A stretch of DNA of 64,000 nt from Gammaproteobacteria bacterium (lineage in GTDB: Bacteria > Pseudomonadota > Gammaproteobacteria > Eutrophobiales > Eutrophobiaceae). The DNA lies in contig OZ244905.1 in the NCBI GenBank assembly GCA_965221695.1, positions 512,001 through 576,000 of the forward strand, in the 5' to 3' direction. Position numbers and translations under genes: made by a program. Shown here piece by piece: positions 1 to 11,700 of the stretch. The notes under the pieces are model-generated. The model was given only the letters and a program-made list of their open reading frames with translations. It made no database searches and had not been told where the DNA came from. Within the stretch, counting starts at the first letter, position 1, and the number at the start of each line of letters is the position of its first letter.

Positions 1-92
1 ATCAAATCAGAGGCTTCTTCGACGCCCTACCCTAATCTGTGTCATCTGAGGATACTTTTACCTGCCGATTATACCCTGATATAGTTCCTTAT

Positions 93-840
<748 letters not shown>

Positions 841-860
<20 letters not shown>

Positions 861-1512
861 TGTTTCGCTGTTGTTGGCCGGACTGACCGCGCTTATCCTG
901 GCGCCGGTCGGCATTCTTGTCGCGCGCAAGCTGGCATGGTCGCGCTTTGTCGGACGCAACTTGATCCAGGCCTTGATAGCTCTACCGCTGATACTGCCGC
1001 CGACAGTGCTGGGATTCTATCTGATGATCAGCCTGGGAGAGCTGTCGCCGTTAGGACGGTTCTACCAGGGAGTAACAGGCGAAACACTGGTCTTCTCATT
1101 TGAGGGTATCTTGCTTGCTTCAATCCTGTTCAACCTCCCGTTCGCGATACAGCCGGCGCAACGCAGTTTTGAAGCCATTCCGCATAATGTGCGTGAGGCA
1201 GCCTGGTGCAGCGGCCTTTCCAACTGGCAGACTTTCTGGCGTATTGAGCTACCCCTGGCATGGCCGGGGATCATCTCAGCCGGCATTCTGACCATCGCCC
1301 ATACCCTGGGCGAGTTTGGTGTGATCCTCATGGTAGGCGGCAACCTGGCCGGCGAGACGCGCACCGTGGCTATTGCCATCTACGACCGAGTCCAAGCATT
1401 TGACAACGCCAGCGCAGCGGCGATGTCTGCGACCTTGTTGATGATCTCGCTACTTTCCATTACCTTGATCTACTTCCTCACCGATCGGGCTGGAAACCAT
1501 GAACGACGCTGA
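841..1512 (+). CDS. modB: Molybdate ABC transporter permease
   Basis: LPLILPPTVLGFYL, EAA loop and AHTLGEFG motifs; overlaps modA stop. Confidence 0.95.
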
Positions 1513-2608
1513 ATCCATTCAGGTCCGGTTACGGCAGGACGGTCCCATACCCTTGGATGTGTCTTTATCCTGTAATACGGGTGAAATCCTGGTAATCCTG
1601 GGTCCTTCAGGAAGCGGTAAAACAACCATATTGAGGGCCATCAGCGGCTTGTACTCACCCGCATCAGGCAATATTCGCTGCCACGGAGAACAGTGGTTGG
1701 ATACAGCAGCGGGTATTAACCTGCCTGTTCAACAACGGCGCATTGGCATGGTATTTCAGCACTATGCGCTGTTTCCACACAAGACGGCGTTGCAGAACAT
1801 CATGATTGCCTTGCGCCGGCGTCCTGGCGCGCGCATGCGCGATCGCGCTCAAGAATTGCTTGGCGCCATGAATATGGAGGGATTGGAAGAACGTTATCCG
1901 CACCAGTTATCGGGCGGGCAACAACAACGGGTTGCCTTGGCTCGGGCGCTGGCGCGCGACCCGAGCGTATTATTGTTGGATGAGCCTTTTTCCGCCGTGG
2001 ATCAACAAACGCGCAGAAAGCTGGTGCGTGAACTGGTCACATTGAAGAAGCAATTCAGGCTGCCGATCATTCACGTTACCCACGACCTGAATGAGGCGCG
2101 CCGGATCGCCGACCGACTTTGCATCATACACCACGGGAAAATCCTGCAGAGCGATGCCCCGGAACAGGTTTTGAATCGTCCCGCAAGCGCTGATGTTGCC
2201 TCTCTGGTGGGCCACTACAATGTATTCAGCGCCAGAGTCGTCGGGCATGATCGCAAGGCCGGGTCGACCAGCATTGAGTGGAACGGCTACACCCTGACCA
2301 CGCGCCATTGTCCTGAGTTCGAACCCGGTGAGGAAGCCGACTGGGTTATACCTTCAGACAGTATCATCCTGCATCGCCGCGACCGACCCTCCCAGGGAGA
2401 ACGGGAAAACCCTGTCAAAGGGCAAATCGAAGAACTGACGCCACTGGGAGAGAATGCATCCATTACCATGGTAACCGAACAGGAGCAGTTTCTTTACTTG
2501 ACAACGCCAACACATGTTGCGCGCCGCAACCAACTCGCCCAGGGCGGCGGACTTTCCGTCTCCCTGCTGTCGGAGAGCATACATCTCATGAAAAAAATTC
2601 GCAGATGA
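1499..2608 (+). CDS. modC: Molybdate ABC transporter ATP-binding protein
   Basis: Walker A GPSGSGKT, LSGGQQQR signature, Walker B LLLDEP, C-terminal TOBE-like region; operon context. Confidence 0.9.
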   Translation: MNDAESIQVRLRQDGPIPLDVSLSCNTGEILVILGPSGSGKTTILRAISGLYSPASGNIRCHGEQWLDTAAGINLPVQQRRIGMVFQHYALFPHKTALQNIMIALRRRPGARMRDRAQELLGAMNMEGLEERYPHQLSGGQQQRVALARALARDPSVLLLDEPFSAVDQQTRRKLVRELVTLKKQFRLPIIHVTHDLNEARRIADRLCIIHHGKILQSDAPEQVLNRPASADVASLVGHYNVFSARVVGHDRKAGSTSIEWNGYTLTTRHCPEFEPGEEADWVIPSDSIILHRRDRPSQGERENPVKGQIEELTPLGENASITMVTEQEQFLYLTTPTHVARRNQLAQGGGLSVSLLSESIHLMKKIRR

Positions 2609-2609
2609 T

Positions 2610-4217
2610 TTATCTGCGGATGGCTGGAACTGCCGACAACAATGCTTTTGTATATTCATGTTGCGGATCAGTCAGGACTTTCTCCGTTGTGCCCTGTTCA
2701 ACTATCCTGCCCTCATGCATGACAGCTACTTCATGGGCGATACTGGCGGCCACACTGATATTATGGGTAATAAACAGGTAGGCCAGTTTCAGTTCCTGCT
2801 GCAGACGCGCCAGCAATTCCAGCACGCGCGCCTGTACCGTGACATCCAAAGCGCTGGTAGGTTCATCACAAACCAATAGTTTTGGCTTGACGGCCAACGC
2901 CCTGGCGATACAGATGCGCTGCCTTTGTCCACCCGAGAATTCATGCGGATAGCGATATTTATGCGCCGGATCGAGGCCGACCTGAGTAAGTAACCGATCG
3001 ACAGTTTCCTGCCGGATCGCTGCCTGCTTCGCTATTCCCAGCGATATCATACCCTGTTCGATAATATCCTTGATCATCATATGCGAGTCCATTGATGAGA
3101 AAGGATCCTGAAAAACCACCTGCATATGCGCTCGGCGACGGCGCAATTGCTCAGGAGTCAAATCAGCCAGATTGTCACCCTCCAGACTTACCGAACCCCC
3201 GGCTGGCTTGAGCAGTCGCAGGATGCTCTTGCCCAGGGTGGTTTTGCCGGACCCGGATTCTCCCACCACAGCCAGAGTGCGCCCTTGCTCGAGTTCCAGG
3301 GATACGCCGTCCACTGCCTGCAGGTAACCGGCAACACGACCAAATAATCCCCTCTGCAGAGGGAAACGGATCCGGAGATCATTCACCTTGAGCAAGGGTC
3401 TACCGGTTGTAGTAGGCGAGCGTAAGCGCAACGCTGATGAATCTGGCAGAGAGGCAAGCAACTTGTTTGAATACGGGTGTTGGGGTTGTCTGAAAAATTG
3501 CCCGGTGACCCCTGTTTCCACTATCCTGCCCTCATTCATGACCGCGCACCGGTCAGCCACCTGCGATGCAACAGCCAGATCATGGGTAATGAGCAACAAC
3601 GCCATTCCCGTGGCGCGTTGTATCTTCTTCAGTAACTCCAGTATGCGCGCTTGGGTGGTTACGTCCAGCGCGGTAGTTGGCTCATCGGCGATCAACAGCT
3701 CCGGCTCCCCCGCGAGGGCGATTGCCAGCATCACCCGCTGCTTCATGCCGCCGGAAAACTGGTGAGGATATTCATCCTTACGCCGCGCGGCATCAGGGAT
3801 CCCCACAGCTTCCAGCAACTCCAGAACTTTTTCCTTCTGCATCCTGGAACGTAGTCCCTTGTGCCAGCGCAATGTCTCTCCCACCTGCAGTCCCACTGTC
3901 AAAGCGGGGTTAAGAGAGGTTTGCGGTTCCTGAAAAATCATGGAAATATGCGCTCCCCGGATATCCCGCATTCGCCGGTTTGACAGCGCAAGCAAGGAGT
4001 CGCCCCTGAACCGGATGTCGCCGCTGATCACGGCCGACTTCGGCAACAAACGGGTTAAACTCAATGCAGTCACGGACTTCCCGCTACCGGATTCACCCAA
4101 CAAGGCAAGGGTCTCCCCTGTCTCAATACGAAAATCTACGCCGTCTACAGCCTGAACCTGATGGCCCTCGGTAACAAACCTAACCTTCAGGGCTCTAACG
4201 TCCAGTAGGGCTGTCAT
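2610..4217 (-). CDS. Peptide/nickel ABC transporter ATP-binding protein with two fused ATPase domains (YejF/GsiA-like)
   Basis: Two Walker A motifs (GESGSGKS, GESGSGKT), two FSGG signatures and two DEPT motifs. Confidence 0.9.
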   Translation of the reverse strand: MTALLDVRALKVRFVTEGHQVQAVDGVDFRIETGETLALLGESGSGKSVTALSLTRLLPKSAVISGDIRFRGDSLLALSNRRMRDIRGAHISMIFQEPQTSLNPALTVGLQVGETLRWHKGLRSRMQKEKVLELLEAVGIPDAARRKDEYPHQFSGGMKQRVMLAIALAGEPELLIADEPTTALDVTTQARILELLKKIQRATGMALLLITHDLAVASQVADRCAVMNEGRIVETGVTGQFFRQPQHPYSNKLLASLPDSSALRLRSPTTTGRPLLKVNDLRIRFPLQRGLFGRVAGYLQAVDGVSLELEQGRTLAVVGESGSGKTTLGKSILRLLKPAGGSVSLEGDNLADLTPEQLRRRRAHMQVVFQDPFSSMDSHMMIKDIIEQGMISLGIAKQAAIRQETVDRLLTQVGLDPAHKYRYPHEFSGGQRQRICIARALAVKPKLLVCDEPTSALDVTVQARVLELLARLQQELKLAYLFITHNISVAASIAHEVAVMHEGRIVEQGTTEKVLTDPQHEYTKALLSAVPAIRR

Positions 4218-4225
4218 ATGATTTT

Positions 4226-5125
4226 TCAGAAATGGACATCACGGGGTTGCAGAGTTTGCCGGCATTGATTACAGACTATGTCTGCTTTGAGTGTCTGTTT
4301 GCATGGTTTGTGTTTCAAAATCAACGGCGCTTTGCCGGCGTCGGCCAACCATTTATCTCCCCACTGCATTATCGTGACGATATTCGGATACAAGTCCATG
4401 CCTATTTCTGTCAGGATGTATTCATAACGCGGTGGCCTGTCCTGATACTTGCGTCTTGCCAACAAACCGGCATTAACTAGTCGCTCCAGCCGTTCGGATA
4501 AAATATTACTCGCTATCTTCTGCTCTTTCAGCATGTCATCGAACCTGCGCACACGGAAAAAAGCCATAGCCAATATCAGAGCAGCCCAACGATCGCCGAT
4601 GATATCGCAGACTTCAAATAGCCCGGCGTTGGTATTTTTGGAACGTCGTGTGTGCCTCGGCGCCAGACGGTTATCATAGCCGGCTCCTGGCCCGTCCTGG
4701 TAATCCACATCGTGGCTATTAACGTTTTCCTTACAGTGACTGCAGATCATCACAGGCATCATAGACTGGCTACAGGACTCATGATAAAGATTACGAGGAT
4801 GCGCCATACGATGCCGGCGCCAGTGTTCCTCCCAACGCCAGCTAACCAGAGCCGACGGGTATAAGTCCAGGCCCATTTCGGTCAGACGATATTCATGGAG
4901 AACAGGTTTTCGCTGATATGCCACTTTTTTCATCAACCCATGCTTAACAAGATTGTTCAAACGACTGGTCAATGTGCTTTTTGCGATTTTCGTCCTTTTT
5001 TCCCAGTCGCTGAAGCGGCGCACACCGAGAAAAGCATATTCCAGAATAATCAAGGCTGTTCTATCGCCAATAATTCCTAATGCACGCGTAAATGAACTGG
5101 CCTTAATCTTATTATTGCCATCCAT
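4226..5125 (-). CDS. Tandem HxlR-family winged-helix transcriptional regulator
   Basis: Duplicated IIGDR[T/W]A...RRF...YxLTExGxDLYP units, each followed by HxxC...CxxC. Confidence 0.85.
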   Translation of the reverse strand: MDGNNKIKASSFTRALGIIGDRTALIILEYAFLGVRRFSDWEKRTKIAKSTLTSRLNNLVKHGLMKKVAYQRKPVLHEYRLTEMGLDLYPSALVSWRWEEHWRRHRMAHPRNLYHESCSQSMMPVMICSHCKENVNSHDVDYQDGPGAGYDNRLAPRHTRRSKNTNAGLFEVCDIIGDRWAALILAMAFFRVRRFDDMLKEQKIASNILSERLERLVNAGLLARRKYQDRPPRYEYILTEIGMDLYPNIVTIMQWGDKWLADAGKAPLILKHKPCKQTLKADIVCNQCRQTLQPRDVHF

Positions 5126-5140
5126 TGCTCTATCGTACCG

Positions 5141-5275
5141 GTTTTAGCAGGAACTGCAATTTGTAGGGATGATATTATCGTTATCCAACTTCCCAACATC
5201 GTAGAAATTGTCATCTCTCTGCTGGCCTGCGCCAGGATCGGCGCGATAGCCAGTCCTGTGCCAGTGAGTTATCAA
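5141..5275 (+). pseudogene. Remnant of an AMP-binding (acyl-CoA synthetase) gene
   Basis: Frame from 5141 reads VLAGTAICRDDIIVIQLPNIVEIVISLLACARIGAIASPVPVSYQ, matching the GDxVxxxLPN...LACARIGA segment of adenylate-forming enzymes; no start codon, and it runs into the gspN 3' end. Confidence 0.6.
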
Positions 5276-5820
5276 TTATTTTCAGGCGCTATTGCAGCGT
5301 TTGCTTCTCTGTTATCGTCTTGTGCCGGTTTGACTGTGAGTTTTACTTGTTTGTAACGCGCGTCTTTTTTCAGCGTAATGCTGTCGGCCTCCAATCTCTC
5401 CAGAGTCCAGCCTTCAAATGTCTGACCCGGTCTGAGTTTTTTCAGTTTTTCGTTTGCGTCAGTATAGACCAGCACAAAACGTTGATCTTCACTGATAACA
5501 ACCGCCGATAACAAAATCTTTCTGGGATTTTCCTGTCTGTCGACAGATATTGGAGGTGGGGGAATGTAGGGCCTGCGGTCTTGTCTGAATAACGGTCGTT
5601 CAATGATCTCCGAGTATGCGCTGATTGGCGAAACGGCATTGTCCGTCATATCGTTCTCCCTGATCGTCATTGCTTGCGCCTGGCCATGCGGCGCTGTGAC
5701 GGCAAGCAACTGAAAAGGGGAAACTAACTCATACACCATCAACCCTGAAAATAACATGCAAAAAACTGACATGATTGCCTGTGCGAATAGCATAATGCGC
5801 GGATTTATTACATAACTCAT
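5272..5820 (-). CDS. gspN: Type II secretion protein, XpsN/GspC-like
   Basis: N-terminal TM, ERPLFRQDRRP motif, L-x-x-G-Q-T-F-E-G-W-T-L HR-like domain; follows gspL-gspM. Confidence 0.7.
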   Translation of the reverse strand: MSYVINPRIMLFAQAIMSVFCMLFSGLMVYELVSPFQLLAVTAPHGQAQAMTIRENDMTDNAVSPISAYSEIIERPLFRQDRRPYIPPPPISVDRQENPRKILLSAVVISEDQRFVLVYTDANEKLKKLRPGQTFEGWTLERLEADSITLKKDARYKQVKLTVKPAQDDNREANAAIAPENN

Positions 5821-5852
5821 ATCGTGTATATAACGTTAAGCAGTCTGGAAAA

Positions 5853-6434
5853 TTATGGCGGCTCAGTCCGATAGATATACGCGGCCACATCAAGGTGAAC
5901 CTCCAATTCATCTGCGCCATCATCCTCATCATAATCGCTTGCGCCATCATAATATTGCACAAGCAGATTATCCACGAACAACAAAGGACTGCTCAATGTC
6001 ATGCTGTACAACAATTGCTGCAAGACTTCGAGACTGCCGCGCAAATGCACATTGACAACGATTTCAGGAAAAACGTTTTCGTTTTCTCTTTCCGGTAGGA
6101 CTTGCGCGCTGATGATATAACCACCTGCTTCCCTGACCAGAGTTTGTATTAGTTGTTGTAAATCCGCTGCAGCCAGTGACCTGGTTTTATCTTGAAAAAA
6201 TCCGTCTTCGTTGATTTTCAGGTCGGCTAGCTGCTCCAGCTCTGTCTGCAGAATTTCATTGCTCGCGGCGGCCCTGGTAAATGTCAGATATTGTGATTGC
6301 AGGGTTTCCATGCGCTGGCTAACAGCTTGACGATTCATCAGCGCCGGCAAGATCAAAACGAAGAAAATAAGTCCTCCCAGCACAATGGTCAGACCAACGG
6401 AAAAAACAATATGCTGCCAGGGTTTTACGTTCAT
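5853..6434 (-). CDS. gspM: Type II secretion protein M (XpsM type)
   Basis: Single N-terminal TM, coiled coil, LAAADLQQLI and PLLFVDNL motifs; coupled to gspL. Confidence 0.8.
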   Translation of the reverse strand: MNVKPWQHIVFSVGLTIVLGGLIFFVLILPALMNRQAVSQRMETLQSQYLTFTRAAASNEILQTELEQLADLKINEDGFFQDKTRSLAAADLQQLIQTLVREAGGYIISAQVLPERENENVFPEIVVNVHLRGSLEVLQQLLYSMTLSSPLLFVDNLLVQYYDGASDYDEDDGADELEVHLDVAAYIYRTEPP

Positions 6435-7531
6435 TTGGGCGTTAATCTGGCGGAAATATGAAAATGCTCTTTATCATCGATATTATTTTTCGTCACTGAA
6501 GAAATGAATTGCGCATGTTCAAAATAAGGGGATGCTTCAATCATCCGGATCAAGGATGATGCCGCAGTCGCTTCCCCATGAATCTGAAGTTCTCTGTTTC
6601 GGATAAGCAAGTGATAAATCCAGGTGTCATCTGGAAGGCGATGAGTCAGTTCCTGCAACAGAATGATCATCGGAGCGCTCTCATTGCGTCGAGCAGACAA
6701 AAAGTCAATGCGCTGAAGCAGGGCTGTTTTTTTGTCTTCAAGCGTCTGCGCGCGCGCAGCCTGAATTCTGCTGACCTCCACCTGTTCTGCAGCCCGTTTA
6801 AGCGCCAGGTCATAGCGCGCTAATGGTATGTATAATGATGAAAAAAATAATATCGTCAGTAGCAGGAAAAGGAACTTTAAGCGCCGTTCATATGAATTAT
6901 TCTTGTTATTGTTGTTGTTCGGCAGAAAATTGACAGATACCGGCGTGGAGTCATCGCTGACCGTGACAATCGACGGTGTCAAATCCAGGAAACACAGACT
7001 GTCCAGGTGTTTCCGCACAACTTTACGCAAAACCACATACAGATCGACGCGCAACTTCTCGGTTATTGTATCTTTGCCGGTGATAATATAGTCAAAATAG
7101 ACCATTTCCTTTCTGAAAGGGGTTTGTTTATCCATCTCGAAATTCATTATGCCCCGCAAATCTCCCTCACAAGACAGGGGATAACTGAGATGTTTTTGCA
7201 AGCATTGCTGCTGCGGCAACAACAGGACCAGTTCCAGGTCCTTTGCATTCTGATTTAGCCAATGATTAATAGCCGACTGCCCCTGCTTATCATTCAGGCT
7301 GAGCGCCTGTTCCCGAACTAACTGCCGGTCGGAGCCATCATATTGTTTGAACAGCAGTGTATTATTCTGCGCTTCAATCGTTACCTTGACAGAAGTATGG
7401 CGCAGTCGGGTCAGCCAGCGCGCGGGCAACAGCAGCAACCACCCTTTGAGCCACCAGTTGAGGAAATCATGGAATCTTTTCTTTGCAACAATTTTATGCA
7501 GGTATGCTGACAAATTTAATCCTGAAGCCAT
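6431..7531 (-). CDS. gspL: Type II secretion protein L (PilN-domain, XpsL type)
   Basis: FLNWW, FEMDKQTPF, TM, ELTHRLPDDTW and LIRMIEASPYF motifs. Confidence 0.82.
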   Translation of the reverse strand: MASGLNLSAYLHKIVAKKRFHDFLNWWLKGWLLLLPARWLTRLRHTSVKVTIEAQNNTLLFKQYDGSDRQLVREQALSLNDKQGQSAINHWLNQNAKDLELVLLLPQQQCLQKHLSYPLSCEGDLRGIMNFEMDKQTPFRKEMVYFDYIITGKDTITEKLRVDLYVVLRKVVRKHLDSLCFLDLTPSIVTVSDDSTPVSVNFLPNNNNNKNNSYERRLKFLFLLLTILFFSSLYIPLARYDLALKRAAEQVEVSRIQAARAQTLEDKKTALLQRIDFLSARRNESAPMIILLQELTHRLPDDTWIYHLLIRNRELQIHGEATAASSLIRMIEASPYFEHAQFISSVTKNNIDDKEHFHISARLTPK

Positions 7532-7558
7532 TCACTCGAAACTGTAGTCTGAGCGCCA

Positions 7559-8269
7559 TTACAACATTTGCTCTTTATGGGTGCGTATCAGCTCCAGCGC
7601 ATCCCTGATAATAATCATTGCCGCTCTGGACGCCGCTGTTGGTCTGCCGGCGACAATAGCGTCCGCTACAGCTTCATGCTCATCCACATTGGCAAGACTC
7701 ACGCCCTTGTATCGGTTCGTGAGGCGAATGCTGAAATGCAGGGCCGTGCCAATCAAATCGCGTAGCTGGCTGATAAATCGATTGCCACTTGCATCAAGCA
7801 CAGCAACATGAAAAGCAAGGTCAGATTCCAACGGGTCATCGTCGCCCAGTTCAGCGGCGCGCATACGCGCCACGCTTTTTTTAATCTGCAACAAATGTTT
7901 GTCATCCGCCCGTTTTGCCGCCAGCGCCGCTGCTTGAGGCTCCACCGCCATTCTGATTTCGGTAAATTCTTCCAACAAGTTTATATCCAGTTTACGTTTG
8001 AGCAGCCATTCCAGCACATCCGGATCGAGGCTGTTCCAGTTTTCTTCGCGTTCAACCCAGGTGCCGTGACGCGGACGCGCGGCCAGCAGACCCTTGGCCG
8101 TCAACATTTTCACTGCCTCCCGTAACACGCTGCGGCTGGCGCCGAACTTTTCACACAGTTCCGATTCGATAGGAAATTTCTTGTCGAACGTGTAAACGCC
8201 GGCGACTATATCTGCTCCTAAATTTTGCACGATGGAATTTGTCAGATTACTTCGATATCTGTTACGCAT
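7559..8269 (-). CDS. FadR/GntR-family transcriptional regulator, probable galactose/galactonate regulator
   Basis: GntR wHTH (ESELCEKFGASRSVLREAVKML..KGL), NSLDPDVLEW and FCD domain (DLAFHVAVLDASGN). Confidence 0.9.
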   Translation of the reverse strand: MRNRYRSNLTNSIVQNLGADIVAGVYTFDKKFPIESELCEKFGASRSVLREAVKMLTAKGLLAARPRHGTWVEREENWNSLDPDVLEWLLKRKLDINLLEEFTEIRMAVEPQAAALAAKRADDKHLLQIKKSVARMRAAELGDDDPLESDLAFHVAVLDASGNRFISQLRDLIGTALHFSIRLTNRYKGVSLANVDEHEAVADAIVAGRPTAASRAAMIIIRDALELIRTHKEQML

Positions 8270-8355
8270 GTTGTACCCCTCATTAGACCAACAACCTGCT
8301 TAAAGTAAATTAATAATTGAAATTATCAGTCATTCTATTCTCTTAGTTAGAACCG

Positions 8356-8515
8356 TTAAGAAACCTCTGATTAAATCAGAGTTTCCTGCGATACAGGGAT
8401 GTATCGTCAAATCCAATGACAGCAAGTCATTGAATTTGTGAACACAACAAAAAATCTCAATTTTGTTTTAGGCGCTCTGACAACTCCAGAATGGACTTGT
8501 TCAGAACTTACTTTA
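8356..8515 (+). mobile_element. MITE copy 1 (IS5-like ends, degenerate right end)
   Basis: TTAA-GAAACCTCTGATTAA...GGACTTGTTCAGAACTTAC; alignable over its length with 63724-63882. Confidence 0.8.
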
Positions 8516-8686
8516 TGCATATCTGGTTCGACCAGAATATTATTTATCATATTATATACACTCTGCTATCCAAGTAACAATTTAACTTTTCAACAACCTT
8601 CCGACGCTGGCGACAGGCAGCAGTCATGATAAAAATCAACTGCTGATACGGACTTTTCAAAAATATGACTTGCAAAAATCAATATC

Positions 8687-8714
8687 TTTATATAATATTA
8701 TTTATATTATTATA
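8687..8714 (+). promoter_or_regulatory. AT-only putative operator/promoter upstream of the 1276-aa gene
   Basis: 8699-8714 TATTTATATTATTATA is the exact reverse complement of 13637-13652. Confidence 0.5.
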
Positions 8715-11700
8715 TGCCAACCAAAGCGAAATGTACCATGAAATATAAACCGCGTAGTTTCCCGATAATATTAGTTTGTATATGGGTCTTCTCTCTATTG
8801 GCTATACCGACAGCATCCTTAGCTGAGAGGCAACGCTATATGTACGCCGATGGACATGGCATCATTTCCAGTTACGATATCAGGAAGTTGGATGTTTCGT
8901 ATAGAGATGTTGTAAAAATTAACATTAGCGAACTTTTCAATGCAAAATTAGATTCCAAACATGCCTCTTACGGTATCAAGGGCAGGGTCAAAAATCCGGG
9001 CAAACCGGATGCAGGTTGGATGGATTTAAAGATATATGCATTTGATCAAAATCTGGGCAAGCATATTATTTATCATGTCAGGTTGGATCACGACAGTCCG
9101 GATCATTTCTCGACCGGCACGCCGCAAACAGAACATATCGAATTATTTGACAAAAAAAAATCCTTCAAGGGAACTGAAATTAAAGAACTCCTGCAGTCGA
9201 TTGAACATTCTTTCACCCTCAATAAAGAAGGCTTCTTACGGCATGTGAGAGAAAGCGCGACACTCAGACAAAATGAGAAGGTGATATCCAAATCTACCGT
9301 TGCAGGGGCAATTATAGGGGGAGCGCTCGGCATAGGTATTGGCACGCTGACTGCGCCAGCAACCGCCGGCGCTTCTTTTGTAGCGATGCCACTTATTGGC
9401 GCCAGTATCGGAGCAAGCATCGGAAAAGGGATTGATCTTACTAATAATACACCTACACTTTTAGATGACTATGTAATTTATACGGGTTTGGATAAGGCAA
9501 ATATTGATGATCTGAACAAGAATTCGAGAATAGTTCCTGTTGGTATGTACCCTGTGCTGGTCGTTCTGGAGATGAAAGATGCCTGGTTTTACGGCGCAAG
9601 AGTACCCGGCATACCGGATGATGCCCTTGATGTTGATGCATTCCTCACGTTGAGCAAAAACCCCGATGCTTCACAAACAGAACATGACCTAACATCAACG
9701 TTTTGGCATAAGGACCCGGGCGTGTTGGATGAACTTGATAAAGAAATAATTTCTGTATCTGAAATCCAATCAGCGCTTACCTCTTCTGACTATAAACACC
9801 CCCCTCGCGTAAAACTGACTGTAAATCCGGGAACTCCAGTGCAAGCTTCCTATACTTATGAACCCGGAGGCCATATTGCCTCGCCACCAACCTTCATAAT
9901 GGGGGATCATATCCTTTTGGAAGTTATTGTTCCAACCTCGGGCAAACCCTTTCAACCCTCAAACCCCCAACATTACCCAAAGCTGAGCGGGTTCCCGTTT
10001 GCGTGGTTGGCATACTTTGGCGGAGAAGCATTGTACCAATGCGAACCTTCCATACAACCTGGTGAATGGCGTCCCTGGTTGGGCTATGATTCTCAGGTGC
10101 ACGGCGCTGCTATTCGCAGTTACCCTAAAGACTTCGATCCGAAATTTAACCCTTGGGTAGTGGATCTGACAAGTCACCCAAAAAAACATGTGGTGTTCAG
10201 GTGGTCAGCCAAGTTGACTCGTCGAATGGACAGTTCCAAGCCTGCATACCATAGCGTATACACTTGGCCAAAACAGAAAACTACGCCTGTTACCCAGCGT
10301 AACAATCAGAAGGAGGGGCTAAACATGGAACTGTTGCGAGCCTGGAAAGATCATACCAAGGCAACTGACTCGGAACCGGACTTTACCGATTATAACGGCA
10401 ACAGGATTTTACCTGGTCTGGATCCGGATGAATTCCTGTTTCTTCGTGATTCTCACCGAAAAATTACGGATAGCATCACGCTCAGTGGCGAACCATGGAA
10501 AACCGTGCCAGACGATGAGGCGGCCAATCCGCTCAATGATATTGTCACCGCTTATAAGAAAAACCGTACCTGGCATGTGGACAGGTTGGATTATCGCGCA
10601 GCGTATGGCGCAAACTATGCTGCCGCAAACTACGAGATTCAGGATCTCGGTACCAGCCCCAAAGCTCCCGATGGCAACGCAACCGGAAATAATACTGCTC
10701 CTGGCGCTTTCACAGTCATACTGCCTTCATTCGTACATGGAGAAAAGAAGATACCGATCAAATTGAATGTCAAAGCTCCCTTGGAACATGACAAAGGATA
10801 TTATGGAAATATCGAAGCCAAAATACACCCAGCTTCCTGGGAGAGGGGGCTGTCTTATACTGTAACTGGCCTACACGGCGCTGAGATAGACAGGTACGCA
10901 GTATCTTTCATCTACGAAGACTCTTTAGGTATACGCCGGTATTCGTCATATTTCCTTAGCAACGAACCCAAAAAGGTCAAACAAGACGCAATAAGAAAGG
11001 GCAAATGGTTGATCACGATACCCGGCCTGCTTGGTTACGGTTACTACACGATTAATTTATGGCATAAGAATCCACGCTATAAAGATTCATGGACTCGGAT
11101 TGGCGGCAAAGAACTGCTGGATATCAATTTACGCTTTCTCAGTGTGCCTGGCCGCACAATCGGCGGCGAACGCTATCCAGGCGGCGCTGATTTAAAGGAG
11201 TCGCCAGGGGATGGCGCCTATATCTACGTCGATGATTACCGGGATAAGAAAAGTGACGGCTTTATGAAATCCAAACTGCATCGCTACTGGCGCAACTATG
11301 TGCGCACGTATGTCTTCGAAACATATGAAACCAGCACTTTTGAGATTCTGGACGCCGACCCGCATACGTTTACCCATCGGGGGACCGAGTGGTATCTATC
11401 CGCCCGAACGCAAGCCAAGCGGATTACTGATGCGGAACTGGAAGACAGAATACGTTTTTACGTCGACCCTGTTGATGAGCACGGCAATGTGGAAGAAGAC
11501 TACATCATTGAAGGAACCGGAAAAAAGTTCACCAAATCATGGCATTACGCCGGAACCTATCAACTTAAGGCGGTATACAATGGCACATCTTCCATCTCAC
11601 ATCGGATCGTAGTGGTGGATCCCGGGAAGCGCAATTCCACTAGCGATAAAGGGGATATCAGTTACCGTAAACTACATTATCAGGAAATAGATTGGCTGAA

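Noticed and set aside
1-20. Possible fifth MITE end (AAATCAGAGGCTTC)
   Set aside because: Cut off by the window edge and too short to confirm.
8438-8629. 63-aa ORF upstream of the orphan gene
   Set aside because: Starts inside the MITE, with no RBS or recognisable features.
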